Positions 1-18,092 of a stretch of DNA of 64,000 bases are shown piece after piece. A program made the translations under genes and the position numbers. The stretch is taken from NCBI GenBank assembly GCA_009914755.4, contig CP068257.2, positions 6,496,001 through 6,560,000 of the forward strand, read 5' to 3'. Numbering within the stretch: position 1 is the first letter of the stretch; every line of letters starts with the position of its first letter. The notes below the pieces were generated by a model. The model had not been told where the DNA came from and searched no databases. It saw only the letters and a program-made list of their open reading frames with translations. This DNA is from the human T2T-CHM13v2.0 reference genome, Homo sapiens.

Positions 1-3000
1 TCTTTGAAGAATTTCTTATGAAGCAGAGGCATTGGCTCAGAAAGAGCCGAAAACCATTGGCTTAGATTAATCACTATTTATCCTAGGGCTGAAGAGGGCC
101 AATTGAAGACACAAATGTCCAATCCCTCTATGACCTTGGAGATCTATGAAACAGAGAAATAGAGACTGGTTCTTAAGCAGGTAATAAGTGTGCCTTCTAT
201 GGTTTATAATAATATGCATTGTCTTAACAATCGAATACTTAAAAGTTAATGCCCTCATAATATGCAAAATTTTAATAAGCACATTGGTCCCTGTGTTCAA
301 GTAGTTGGTAATCAAATTAGTGAAGTATGGTAAGTCTTTTGAAGAGCATTAAACAGCAGAGAATGTAAGAAATTTGTCTCTATAGTATTGTGGGTCTTCT
401 GTGTTTCCTAAGGGCACATTCATATGATCTAATAACTGAGCAGAGAGAAGCCTATAGGATAGTTTATGGTTTCATTTGTTTGTTTTTGCCAATTAACATA
501 CATTTCTAGATTAAAAGTCAACTATCTTTTCCTTGGGAGTCAACTATAGGAGAAGATAGTGAAGAGGCAAGGAAAATTACAGCAGCTCAACAGCTTTACC
601 TTGGAAATATCTGTATTGTGTACCGCTATAGCCTACCTTTATCAGTCAGATAACAATGTCAAAGAGGCAAGCTTGGCACCATTGCTCTTAGTGAATCTCT
701 GCTGCCAGCCTTTTATCCTAAGTGCTCTCCAAAGACCCATTTAATGGACCTTCCTGAAATTGTGCTCAGGATCAATATGAGGCTCATTGATACAGCATTT
801 TTGGAACTCACCATTTGCTTATTTATTAAACCTGGGATAGTTGCCCGACTTCTATCATCTGAAATCCTCTCCATGACTTTCAAAATTATCAACATTGGTT
901 CCAACATCATTCCTAGAAAACATTTCAGTGGAGTATATTTATCTGACATTTGACTGTATTTATAGCAGTAAGAATCTATGATGATTCCTCCCAAAATAAT
1001 CCCACAATTACCCATTTTGGGTCACCTTTGAGGGTTTTACCCTTAATATCAGAGATCTGTTCTATACATTTGAGTCTTAGAAATAATTACTAGCTTCTCT
1101 CTGAATTTAACTGAAGTTCCTTACTTTTATTCAGCCTGTTACCCAAATTACATAATGTATTGAAGGCTAAAAACTGTCCAAATTTCTGATTACATTTAGA
1201 TAAAAATGGGAATATGACTTTTTCTTTTTCTAACTTGGCAAAGATTATGTTTTTTCATGAAGAAATATAGGCATATTTAAACACTCAGGATCTGAGAATT
1301 TGAAATACATGAAACTTAGCAAGTGGTCTTTAAGTAGTTTTCATTTCTAAATTATAGTACATACCATTGAATGCTACAGAAGGAAAGACAGTGAGGGATT
1401 ACTCATAAACATTGCCTTTATGATATCCTTCCAAAGAAAACCAAGTGTCCCTGTGCTTGGACTCATAAAGCAGAAATGCTCACCTAGCTTTTATGTCACT
1501 AACAAACAATTGTGCCTAGTCAATTAATTCTAACTCATATAAGCCATCTTGAGAGTGGAGCCCCTAGGGAAAACTACAAATGGAAAATTCATTGATTTTT
1601 GACTTTGCTTTCCTATGGATTAAATTTAACACTTTCTTGTAAATATCTCCCTTTACAGATCATATGTGATAAATAGTTATCCAACTTTCTAGATGTCCAC
1701 CCAGAGCTGCTTCCATATGAAGAGGTGGAAACGGATTCTGTGCATGATACTGGTTAGGATAGGGAACTGTTTTTTTTAAAGGAGATTTTAAAAATTTGTT
1801 TTCCTTGTACACATAGCCTTAATATTGTGTTGCTAACTGCCCTCTGGGAACAAAGTCATACCAATCACAAATACATTGCCTAAAGCGGGAGGCTTATTAC
1901 TCTGCTGTGAATTCCATCTCCTATTATGTTTTAAAGATGCTACAAACTTGAGACATTACTATGTAGATGACATTCCCAGCAAATCCCCAAACAACATTTA
2001 ATGATATTTCAAATACCAGGATCATGAAACAGTAAAAGATATAAGGAAATAAAGAAAAGCACAGTATATGTGTAGAAGGCATTAAAACACAAATTTTATA
2101 ATTATGAATGCATATAATAAGGAACAAGTTTTATTCTAAATAGCAATTAAATCAGAACTATGATACAGGGAATAAAAGTGAATATTAAACCATTGTACCG
2201 ACAATAACAGAGCCCTTTTTCTGCTGCGTGATGGAATTTAGTGTTTGCTAAGGAAGAAGAAAAATTCAAGATATCTTAAATTTGGTACTTTCCAACAAAT
2301 TTAAGAAATGTGTACACACTTGAGGAGACTTAAGAAGTCTCTGACTAAAACACTAGAAAAGAAAAGCAGTGAAAAGCCAAATAACTATTACTCAACAATA
2401 ACGACATTTGTTACTATTATATTAATATTAAACACACTATTAAGCAACAACATTTCAGTTACTCACTGAGCCCAAAGTCATTTTTCATGAACCATTCACA
2501 ACACTGATAACCTATTGAAAAATGATTGAAAACAAAAAAGCTTATTGCTTTCCAAGTCCTTTTAAAGCCTTCTCTTGTGTCATTTCATATAATCCTTATA
2601 ACGAATCTATGGAGTATATACTGACTTTATCTCTGTACAGAAAAGAAAACTGAGTCATATTCAGAATAAGTTGCAATGTTCCCCAGATAATCAGTGTCAT
2701 AGGTGAAATTTGATGTCACAGTGTAGTCAAGTGTAATTTAGGGAAGCAGTACAAATGATGGTTGAAAGCACAGGTTCTGGGGTAAATAGCCTGAAGTCAA
2801 AATCTATTTCATATCCTCAGTGGCTGTGTGATCTTGGGAAATTTCCCTTAACTCTCTGTGTCTTGGTTTTATAGTTTCATCCATTTTTGCCTCTCATATG
2901 AGCTGGTGAGCATTACACTAGTTTATGCTTCTAGGACACTGAAAACAGTACCTGGCTCTTGATAAATATTAACAATTTTGTTTCATTTTCTTCACCTTGA

Positions 3001-3589
3001 GTATTTCATGGCCAGATGGAAATCAATGTCAATATGAAAAAATGTTCTTAATTCAGCAGGAAGAAATACAAAACCATATAAACAACTTTGTTTTACTGGC
3101 AAGTGTATTGGTAAGCTATGTTAAATTGAGAAGGGGAAGCCTCTAAGGATATCGATTAATCAATGACCGAAAGCTGATGAGACTTGTCTGGAATTTTTTT
3201 TTGGAGACTCTGAGACTTAAAATTTTGACAAAATAAGGAGATGAATTGAGTAGTGTGGAAGAGACATTTTCTGAAGTCATCAGAGAAAGGAGAGACAAAT
3301 ATGTAAGGGGAAAGTGGTATGAAGTAATAATATCTATGAAGTGCTTTCTAAAGTATAACACATGTAAGTTGTGTTAAATGTAATCTATCATGATTATATC
3401 ATTACTGTCTGACTGATACAACTATATCCACCTCAGTTAGCCACATAAGATCAATTTTCCTACACCTTAGAGAATACCAGTAACCTCCAGTTCAGAAACA
3501 GCATAAATATCTATCCACAGCTGAGCAGACACGTACAGCTAGCTACCAGATGAAATGGGCTATATCTTCAAATACTATTGTTTTCCGTT

Positions 3590-3800
3590 TTTTAACTGTG
3601 GCAAAACACACTCAACAATTTGCATCTTAACTACTGTTAAGTATACAATTCAGTGTCATTAAATGTATTCACAATATTGTGCAAGCATCACCACCACCCA
3701 TCTCCATAATTCTTTTTGTCTTGTAAAATTGAAATCCTGTACCCATTAAAAAGTGACTCCCCATTCCCCGCCCTCCCAGGGCAACTACAACTTTACTTTC
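3590..3800 (-). mobile_element. Ancient L1 (L1M/L1P-type) 3'-terminal fragment
   Basis: Antisense match to the old L1 3' end motif (…ccattaaaaagtgactccccattccc…ctactttctgtct…); read by eye, no alignment run. Confidence 0.35.
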
Positions 3801-5459
3801 TGTCTTGATGAATCATACAATATCAAGTGGAATTTTTAAGATATTTAAAATCTTTTGTCTGGAAGTGAAGTGGAAGTTAATATCAATGGCTATGCCTTCA
3901 GTGAGTTCTCAGACCACATTACAATGTAGTTAACTATTTATCTTTTATTACGTTCTAGATCTATTATTTCTTTCTGGCACAAAAATATCTTCTTTGAAGA
4001 TTATGGCATTTACCTCTATCTCCACACCTTTCTGCGTCTGTCATCCACAGATCATCAGCCTCTTGCTTAGTCTATTTAATGACAATTTCTATTTAGTATA
4101 CAACAGTCTTTCCCCCTGCAATGCAATTTCTTCACTCTGAAAAGCTCTGACTCTGGCTAATGGTCTCTGTTATGTACTCATCCCTAGAGCCATGTCTTCA
4201 AATATTTCTCAGAACTTCTTCACATCTAAAAATCTAGGATTAATTTATTGCTCTCTGATTATATTCTTCTGGTATTTCAAGTATCGTGTATAACTTCTTC
4301 ATCTGTCCTTGCTTTTCTTCTACATCAAGATGTCAAGTTCATGGACTTCCCAATTAATCATTTTAAAAATTTATTTCAAGCCTTTATGAGTCACTACAAT
4401 GTACATATGTTCTCAGGAATTATGGCCCTACAATTTGTATGTGAGAATAGTTCCTGTGTCAGGCATTATGGACATAAGAGTAAATAAATTCTAGCCCCTG
4501 CCTACAAGGAGCTAATTCCCAGCCTAAGACAGATTGCAAGCCAATAATTTGCAGAGTTGTAAGTCTAAGGAAACTGATTGGGATGTACCTAATTCGAGCT
4601 GGGAATATCAGAAGAAAAACTTTTTGAAAGTCATGAGACATGAGCTATGCCTAAAAGAATAAAAAATAGAGAGAGAAATAAGAATAAATAAATTAGGGAA
4701 TGAGATGGGTATAATAGTAGAAAAAGGAAATCTCTTTAGATAAAACAGGTTATGAGAGTATATAGGAGGCTTATTAACTCAGTGTGGTTGGAGAAAACAG
4801 GTTGAAAGGAGAAATAGGAGAGAAAGTTACAAAGGGAATCAAATGTGTTAGTAGTTGAGGGAAAAGCAAATATTGAATACGACCCATAGATCTTGGATAA
4901 CCCAGTGTTTGGTAGTAGCTTACATAAAAGGTTGTGACAAAATAACCAGAGGTATGCAGAGAAAATAATAACTGAGTGTTATATTTCCTCTCAGTAGAAA
5001 CCTAAAAAAAAAAAATGTAATCACACCCTGATCTTTTAACTGACCTCCACTTATCTTGATGCCTGGATTGGTATACATATTCCTCTGCCTGAAAAATTGC
5101 TCAGCACTTCTGAAAGGTTGTTTCTCACTGTTACACCCAGGCATTTCTGCTAACACCAGCTGAGTTGTAAGGGGTCCTCCAGGAGGCCTAGGTTGTTCTC
5201 CTTATCACATATATTATTTTCATTTATCAATTTACCCAGAACATCTAATGAAATATTATGGACACCAATAACATGAATACAAATATAGCTATAGACCCTA
5301 AAAAGTAAATTGATGTATCTTGAAAGGCTGTCATGTCTTAGATGTTAAATTTGGAGTATGTGTTTCTAATAAATAAATAGCTTGCTTTAATAATTCTGAT
5401 TTATGATTGTAACATAGGGGAGCAGCTTTTATTTCGCCCTTAATCTTAAAAAACAATTA

Positions 5460-5619
5460 GCCGGGTGTGGTGGTGGGCACCTGTAGTCCCAGCTACTCAG
5501 GAGGCTGAAGCAGAAGGATGGTGTGCACCTGGGAGGTGGAGCTTGCTGTAAGCCAAAATTGTGCCACTGCACTCCAGCCTGAGTGACAGTGTGAGACTCT
5601 GTCTCAAAGAAAAAAAAAG
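5460..5619 (+). mobile_element. Alu fragment (right arm only) with A-rich tail
   Basis: gccgggtgtggtggtgggcacctgtagtcccagctactcaggaggctgaag…gcactccagcctgagtgacag…gtctcaaagaaaaaaaaag. Confidence 0.75.
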
Positions 5620-6026
5620 ATCATACAAGGAGTAAACGATGATTTAGCATAAAACACAACTTTAGCCTAAAACACAGATCATAGGGCTCAAACTTTGTTA
5701 TTTTATGGGATTATACTAACCAGTTAATATTCAAAATTTACCATTTCAAAAGAAGAAATATTGGTCTGGGAAAATTGCCATTGCTTATACAGAAGAATGG
5801 AGGAAGCTTTTTGAGAACAACAGTTCTAATGATCTTCCTCATCACTGGTTCAAAAACCAAGCCCATGGAAGGCCTGCATAGGGATAATGTGGAGAACATG
5901 CAAAAGAAATACACATCACCAGCTCCTCAACTCAGAGCTCCAAGGGAATGGCTAAGGAAGCTGTATTGTCCTAAGAAATTTGAGACTGTTTTGACTTACA
6001 ATAAATCCTGCTCAATCATATGTATG

Positions 6027-6030
<4 letters not shown>

Positions 6031-6066
<36 letters not shown>
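6031..6066. repeat. (CA)n microsatellite, ~17 units
   Basis: Uninterrupted acacac… run, ending cacagac. Confidence 0.95.
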
Positions 6067-6067
<1 letters not shown>

Positions 6068-8861
6068 GGTGTTGTCAGTGAAGCCTCTAACAATGCATCT
6101 TGACTGGACAGATTTGACAATTAAAATGGCTGGAAGAAAATAGGCTTCATAAGTGACACTTACTATTCACATTACACATTAAAAGGACATCTCCTAAATT
6201 AAATCTTGTCTATGATAAAAAGGCAGAAAATCATGACCCAAGGCTCATTTATAACGGCAGAAATGTTCAAGATATACCAATGCTTGCTATGTTTAGGAAC
6301 TGACAATAAAGTACAGGTCTTTATAATCTACCATTTTGCCTCATTTGACACCAGGTGACCTTCATAATACAGGCAATAGAGAATTGCAAGATTTGTCAGA
6401 GATTTCAGGTCTTTGGAAAGCTATGCTCTTTCACAAGAACAGCCATGGAAACAGGAAGAAAGTCAATTCCCACTTAAGGTAATCAGAATTTACAAATATT
6501 CCTTTCTTCATTGAAATCTCAATAGGCACTTCAATATTATATTTAATTAATTCTTTTGTTAAAATCATGCATCACATAGCAACATTTTGGTCAAGGATAG
6601 TGCACATGTATGACAGTGGTGCAATAAAATCATAACACTGTACTTTTACTGTACCTCTTGTATGTTTAGACATGTATAGATACACTTACTGTATAGATAT
6701 AAGTATAGATATACTTAACTGTTGTGTTACAATTGCCTACAGTATTCAGTACAGTAACATGCTGCACAGGTTTGTAGCCTAGGAGGAATAGGCTATACCA
6801 CCTAACCTAGGCATGTAATCAGCTATAGCATCTAGGTTTGTGTAAGTAAACTCTGTGATGTTCATACAATAATAAAATTGTCCAGCAATGCATTTCTCAG
6901 ACACACCCCTGTCATTAAGTGACACATGACTGTATTAGTTAACACTATGGGAACTTCATGGGAAATGAACACTGCAGCTCCACCATAAATAGAAACTGTT
7001 TACGTCAAAAAACACATAAAAGCATAGTTGCAAGATTACAATTCCTTCCAGATATTTCATTTAGTATCTCCACAGATCACTCACTGCCTGAATAGCATTC
7101 TTGTGTCTCCACTGCCTCACATTCGATTTCAGGTCATTCCATCAATTGTCAAAGACGTATCCAACATTAACTTTCCAACTACTGGTTTGGATTCTGTCAA
7201 CATTGTCATCCTGGGCCACAACAACACAAAAGGCTAACTCAGTGAGGTAACATAGACACTGATCAGTGAGATTTTGCTGACGGGTGGTACCATTTTTTAC
7301 TAAGATCAAGGGTATTCATACCTTCAGGCATCTAGATAACATTGAAAAGGGCAGGTTCATAGATAAAAAGGGAAAGAGGAAGGGTTTTTGCAGTATACAT
7401 GAGCTACCGTGTCTCCTGTTTAACCTGAGTCTGAAGAGATTCAAAGTGCAGGTGCCATGAATGCCTCTTTAATAGTTCAATGTCGATGGATTTTCTGGGC
7501 TACATTTCCCAGCATTCAAATTGCTAAATGCATATAAACTACTACTGAATATTTATTACCTGGATTTGTGCTTTTGAGTGACCTTATCTATAGTTATGTG
7601 CTTCAGTGATCCAACTTGGGGTGGACTCCAAACTTTGATAAATTAAAGACCCTGCTTATTCCTTGAGTAATGCTACACTGACAACTGATTTAGTGAATGC
7701 CACTGTGAAAATAATAAACCTCTTGGTGAATATATTTAGACATGTCTTGTAACCTGTACACATCTTAACCAGGGATGTTACTTGGTCTTTCTATGTTCAG
7801 GAGTGTGTGGAGATAGAAAAACATACAGGATTGTAATTGTTTCCTGTGAGACTAACAGAAAATTCAAGCTAGTGAAGAATGTTTATGCATGGCACACTTC
7901 TCACCAGCAATTTTAGGAAGTTCTACCCACAACCCATATGTCTTTTGATATGTGGGTTACCTTGGAGAGAGAAAAAGAAACTCTGAACACAAGCATGAAA
8001 TACTTTAGAATTTTATCTAGAGTTGGACTTGTCCAAAAGCTTTTGTATAAACTTGCTTGATGAGCAACTGTTGTCCACTGGTACCTTCACTGTACAATCC
8101 ACACACAACAAAACTTCACAACTGGACACCTAAATTTGCACTTTGTTTGGTAAAGTTGAATGAAAAATGTTGTCTTTTAAGCTTATGCTCTCTTATGAAA
8201 GCTGTTATTAGATTAATTTTACTCCAAGATATGCCAGTTAAGAAATAACTTCCAATTTAATTTCACCAGCTCCCTGTGAGTGGACTAATTACTCACACAT
8301 CACACTTACTCTGGTGGTGAAATGCCTCAAAAGAAGGTCTCCAGAGTGTTGCTCTACCTAGAAGGACAAGAATGAAGAGACATAAAAATCATTCATTAAG
8401 AAGGAAGAAGATTTTCCTTGCCTAGATTTTCACTTGTAGGATCCAATTAATTTTATCACTTAATATTTTGTCCTGGTGGGCATTCACTTTACAAATTTGT
8501 AAGGTCAGTAGAAATGGAAACTTTTGGAAATCGAACTGTAAATGTTCTGTAGACATTGACAGAAATAGCTATTTGGAGCTGTGCTTTTGCCAACTAGACA
8601 CTCTGAGAAAATCTGTGAGAGGATATTTTCAGGAAGTCATTGAACCCCCTAAAAATCAAGTTTATTGCTTTTACCATAAATATAAATAATTAATTTATTA
8701 TCAACCACTTTCAATATTCCAATAAGTAACCTTTATTGTTTATTTCATTGACATGATCTACATAGACACACAATTTATCTTCTTTTGCGATACATTCAGA
8801 AAATTGCTGCCTGGAAAAGCCATGTTTTAAAATTACCACCTGTTTGATGACTTGTTTTTGT

Positions 8862-9095
8862 ACTTTAAGTTTTAGGGCATATGTGCACAACCTACAGTTT
8901 AGTTACATATGTATACATGTGCCATGTTGGTGTGCTGCACCCATTAACTCGTCATTTAGCATTAGGTATATGTCTTAATGCTATCCCTCCCCCCTCCCCC
9001 ACCCCACAACAGGCCCTGGTGTGTGATGTTCCCCTTCCTGTGTCCATGTGTTCTCACTGTTCAATTCCCACCTATGAGTGAGAACATGCAGTGTT
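8862..9095 (-). mobile_element. L1 3'-terminal fragment (5'-truncated, minus strand)
   Basis: tactttaagttttagggcatatgtgcacaac…tgtgccatgttggtgtgctgcacccattaactcgtcatttagcattaggtata…aatgctatccctcccccctccccc…cctatgagtgagaacatgc is the reverse complement of the canonical L1 3' end. Confidence 0.85.
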
Positions 9096-10899
9096 TCATT
9101 TCCACTTAAGTATCTATCTCTATTTGTTCTTTATTTTCATTTCCATCCTAGCTCTATCCCTTGTCTCCTTCGTGTGTCTCAGTATAAGTGCCCTATAACA
9201 TTTTATATTTCTGGAAACCCTTCAATATAAAGTTATTACATGTAAAAATAAAAAGTCTGTTTTAGCGAACTTTTTCTTCACAAATTATATTTTCCTACTT
9301 CCCTATTAGACAATTTTTGTAGGCTCCATATGCTATTAATTTACATTCACTTTTAGAAGAATTTTCATCAAAAGCAAAAGTCTTATGTAAATTGATTATA
9401 TGTTATTTCTACTTCTATGTATATATACGCACATAGCCACATACATATATGTAACTCCAGAGGCCTGCCTGGACTGTTTGATAACTGTATTGAACAACAG
9501 CAAGAAAAAGCTGTTCAAATTTCAAACAACAAGTTGAACTGAAGACTTCACATCTTTGAATTAAATAGACACTAGTAGCCTTTAAAAATTAAGCATTTCT
9601 ACTGTTTTAAAAAATTATAGCCATCATAGTATGAGGAAAAAATGTAATAATCTTTTTTAATTCTTGCCATTTTATTAACCACGGACTCCTTATGCCCTAA
9701 CTTCATTGGTACCCCTTTGAGATTAAACAGAACACTTAATTTAAAATTCTGATAAATAAATTAATTACAGCATTTACTTGAGGTACTCTTTCACCTTTCA
9801 AGAAATATTTTGAGAATTCATTAGCTAAATATTGCTATAATGCAGGCTAGTAATAAACGGAAAGAATGAATTCATTGTAAAGTTTAAACTAATGATGGTA
9901 TGATCTGGAATTTTTGTTAACTTAGAAGACATAATTAGCTTTAGAGGTGAAATGAAAGACAAAATCACTTCACATATTAGTAAAAAACAAATAATATAAC
10001 TTTATAAGCTACTGCTGTTCTTTTGCTATTAAGAACCAATGACATCTGTAATTAGGGAAGATTATGGAAAGATTAAAGATGAGAATACATGCAGTCTATC
10101 TACAGGAAACCTAAACTGTTTAGGTTAAGGAAATGTTTGAGAAAGTCATATTAATTAGCAGGTTCACAGGAAACTAACATTTATTGTATAAATTGCATGG
10201 TAAAATGTATTAGGGCTCCATGCACACAACTATGTGCCATCTACGTTACCACACAGTGCTTACTTCTTTCAGTCTTTATTCATTTCTCTCCTAATGGTCT
10301 GTATGGTATTATTACATAGTTCTAAAAACCTTCCATGAGGCAGAAATTTCATTTAATCATATAGCTTCAAAAATAATGAAAAACAGTAGAAAATTTCTAT
10401 TTTTTTATGAAGCAGAATTGTTGAATTTTCAGTTTCATTTATTTAATATTACAAGATGACAAACATATTTCTTTAACTCCATCTTTTTATTTTTGTCTAA
10501 CATCAACCACAGCCATTTCTTTCATTTGAAGTTGAAAACTGCTCATCAAAATCCAGTTTAAGCTGAGAAACAAAGAACTAAATTTTGCATGAGAGATTAT
10601 ACACTGCATAAGTAAAAAACAGGACCAGAAACAATGGTGGATTAGCAATTTTTAAAAAGACAAAAACAGGTTATCATCAAATCAATTGTTACCAACACAC
10701 CAATTCCACCTCTAGGACAGAAAATTAGCCACTTACCCACGGGAAAACAATGATTGAAGACAAAGTTCACCAGTGAAAGTTGGTTATTTTTTTCCATCCT
10801 TGCATCAACTAGAATGATATCTACAGTTCCTCTTAACACTTTTCTGAGTTTCAAATATGTGGGTATGCTTCATTAGCTGAAGCCATTTTCCATATGTAC

Positions 10900-14650
<3,751 letters not shown>

Positions 14651-14689
14651 TTCTAATCTGTGATTCTAATGAATTTGGCTATCTTAGAT

Positions 14690-15480
14690 ACTTTATACAA
14701 GTGGAATCATACAGTTTGTCCTTCTGTGACTGATTTACTTTACTTAGCATTAATGTCCTCTAGGTTCATCCATGTTGCATATTGCCGGGATTTCTTGTTT
14801 TAAAGCTGAATAATATTCCGTTGTATGAATATACCACATTTTCTTTATCTTTTCATCTGCCAATAGACATTAACCTTATTTCCACATTTTAATTAGTGTA
14901 AATAATGCTGCAATGAGCCTGAGAATCATCCCAATCTCCATTCTTTCAGATAAATAACCTGAAGTGAGACTACTAGATCATATGGTAGTTCTACTTTCTT
15001 AATTTTTTTGAGGAACCACCGTACTGTTTTCCATAGAGGCTGCACAGTTTTACTTTCCCAGAAACACTGTAGAAGTGTTCCAGTTTCTCCCCATTGTTAA
15101 CACTCATTATCTTTTTCTTTTAATAAGACTATTCTAACAGGTTTGAGGCAATATCTCTTTGTGGTTTTGATTTGCATTTCCCTGAGGATTAGTGATGCTG
15201 AGCATTTTTTTCATGTATCTGTTGGTCATTTGGATATTTTCTTTGGAGAAATATCTATTGCTGATTTAAAAAAAAACTCTCAGCAAGCTAGAAAAGGAAA
15301 TTTTCTCAAAGTGATGGAAAGCATCCACAACAAGACATATAAACATTATATTTAATGGTGAAAGTGTAAATATTTAAACTACATAGATTAGGACAAGAAA
15401 GGAATGTGTGTGTTCATCACCTCTATTCAACATTGTACTGGTGATCCTAGATTCTGAGTATAAATATTTAGGGGACAACT
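14690..15480 (-). mobile_element. L1 3' region fragment (ORF2 C-terminal/3'UTR), minus strand
   Basis: tggaatcatacagtttgtccttctgtgactgatttactttacttagcattaatgtcctctaggttcatccatgttgcatattgc…gctgaataatattccgttgtatgaatataccacattttctttatc…tgcaatgagcctgaga… is the reverse complement of L1 ORF2 3' region motifs. Confidence 0.65.
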
Positions 15481-17684
15481 ATTGTCACTGAAGTCCAAAT
15501 CTTGGTCATCCTCAGAAAAAAAAAAAGTTGATTAGATTGTATATAATCTAATTCTACTTGCTAACTTAATTTCTCTAAAATTACAGCTTGCATCCACTCT
15601 AGAATTTATTGGGCACCTCCTAGGGCATAAACACTGGAATTTGGTGAGAGACATCAAATAGGAAAGAACCTGGCTCTGACATAAATTCAACACACGAAGG
15701 GGGACACATGTTATGAGACTGACCTGGCCTCTCCATCTCATAAAAGGGGTTCTTGTTGCTGGTAACACAGATTAAAACTATTTCAATTACATTCAAGATA
15801 AAAAGATTAGCAATGGTATGTAAGATGAAAAAATCACCCCACAGGAAGACAAAAGTCTTACAAAAGGATATTTAAACTAGCCAACCCTTTGAAATTCAGG
15901 CAGAGATCGTGCTTTCTGGGTGAACTAAGGTAGCAAGAACAAAGTAGAGGCTCCAATTCTAGGAAAAATGGGCCCTAATAAGGTTTACAATCCAGAAACT
16001 CAAGAAATCCAGACAGAAGAATGCAGTCTCCGCTTTCAAGGCAGTAACAGTACCTGGATTACTAAGCCAATCCCCAACACAATCATAAACACAAATTTGA
16101 TTGAGGAAGAACTTGCCCACCAGAAGATTTAGGTTATTACAAGGTAGAATGTGATAGAGAAAAAGAGCATGGGACTGGAAACAAAAGGAGGTAGCCCCAT
16201 GATCACAACTGGAATATATCTGTCAGAGATGGTGCGGAAATAAGACTGAAGAGAGAGATCCTTAAACCCCACGTGCCTTACATCAGGACTAATCCTGGAC
16301 ACAGGCTGGAAAGCATAGCCTACAGGTGGTGAGGGAGGAGGAGTGGGCTCAGCTGTGAGAAGGAGAAGGAAATATGGCTGAAAACCAGATATGGGTCTTG
16401 AAATCACAGCGAGGATTTGGGCCTTTGCTGCTGTCTGCCAGCAGCTGCCAGTAGTTCTCACACTTTGGCTGGCATCAAAATAACCTGGGGCAGTGGTGGG
16501 GAAGTGGGGGGAGTGTTGTAAAACCACAAGTGACCAGGAAAAAATCACCTGTATGTTTTCCAATTCAGTAAGTACAGAAATATTAATTGGAAAAAGGTGG
16601 AGATCAGACATTGATAGTGCTGTGGACTGCTCCAGGGACATAAGCATGATCTTTAGAGAGGTGACTCTAATCAGTTGAGGGCAACCACCGGACAGAAAGA
16701 GGTCCAGACTAACCGTACACATTGACATCATACAACTACACTTTAGCAACTTCTCCAAATAACATGTCTCTTACTGAAACTTGGGAGGTTGAAAGTTATA
16801 AACATAAAATCCAGTGGCATTTATGTATCCTAGGCACTTACATTTGTCTGATTCTTCCAACTTGCCTTTGCTTGGTTAGAGTTTTGGGTAGATAAGAGGT
16901 GGATTTACATGTGCTAGTGTGAGAACTTTGATACACTCACTTAGACATTGACCTACTATCTTGATGTTTGAAAGTTAAAACCCAAAGAAATTTGTCTTTT
17001 TAGATAAAACAAATTCAGCCCTTACCTTCCTTATCGATTACATCTTCCACTAGCAGTAATAAAAAAGTAACAATATGCATAAGTCAAAGTATCTTCTTAA
17101 ATCTTCTGTAGTGTTTTATTATTTAGTTGTGTTAATTAAAGTAACTGTCTCAAAATTTCAAGGAATGCCTGAGAATAAATTCATGTTCAAAGGTTGCCCT
17201 CTTGTGACAATGTGTTGTATGTTTTACTGTAAAAGTAATCTTATTTTACCTTATAACATCTACAATCCAATTCATAACAGCATAAAAAGGAAATAAAGCC
17301 TTACATAATTTTGAATTTTGAAAAGTACCTTGTTTATATGGTTCCTTTAGCTAATGAATAGACAATTTGGTAAATATTCCAGTGAGTTGAAGGTTTGAAT
17401 CTATCTCACTTAACTAGCTTAATGGATGTATTTCTAAACCTGTACAACCCAATCCTCTGCTTTTAAAAAATTAAAGTTAGCTGTAGATTGAGATGTCAGT
17501 GACACAGTTTATAGAACATAACTTAGATTGTCATCTACATTACTGTAACTACAAATACCACCCTCAGATGGAAGAATCAGTTTTATCAGTGAACATCTAA
17601 TTGAACTATAAATGGTGTATGTCTTCTGGCTTTTACAAGCTCTTGGTCTAACACGGGATATATGATGTAAAAATTACAAAGCAA

Positions 17685-18092
<408 letters not shown>

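Noticed and set aside
6560-7020. Sequence reminiscent of a known interspersed repeat (…tgtgttacaattgcctacagtattcagtacagtaacatgctgcacaggtttgtagcctaggaggaataggctataccacctaacctagg…)
   Set aside because: I recognise the pattern as repeat-like but cannot name the family with confidence, so I did not list it as a feature.
16129-16758. 209-aa minus-strand ORF in unique sequence
   Set aside because: No recognisable motif, no start context, and no similarity to anything I can recall. A 630-bp ORF in ~60 kb of six-frame translation is not exceptional, so I left it unannotated.
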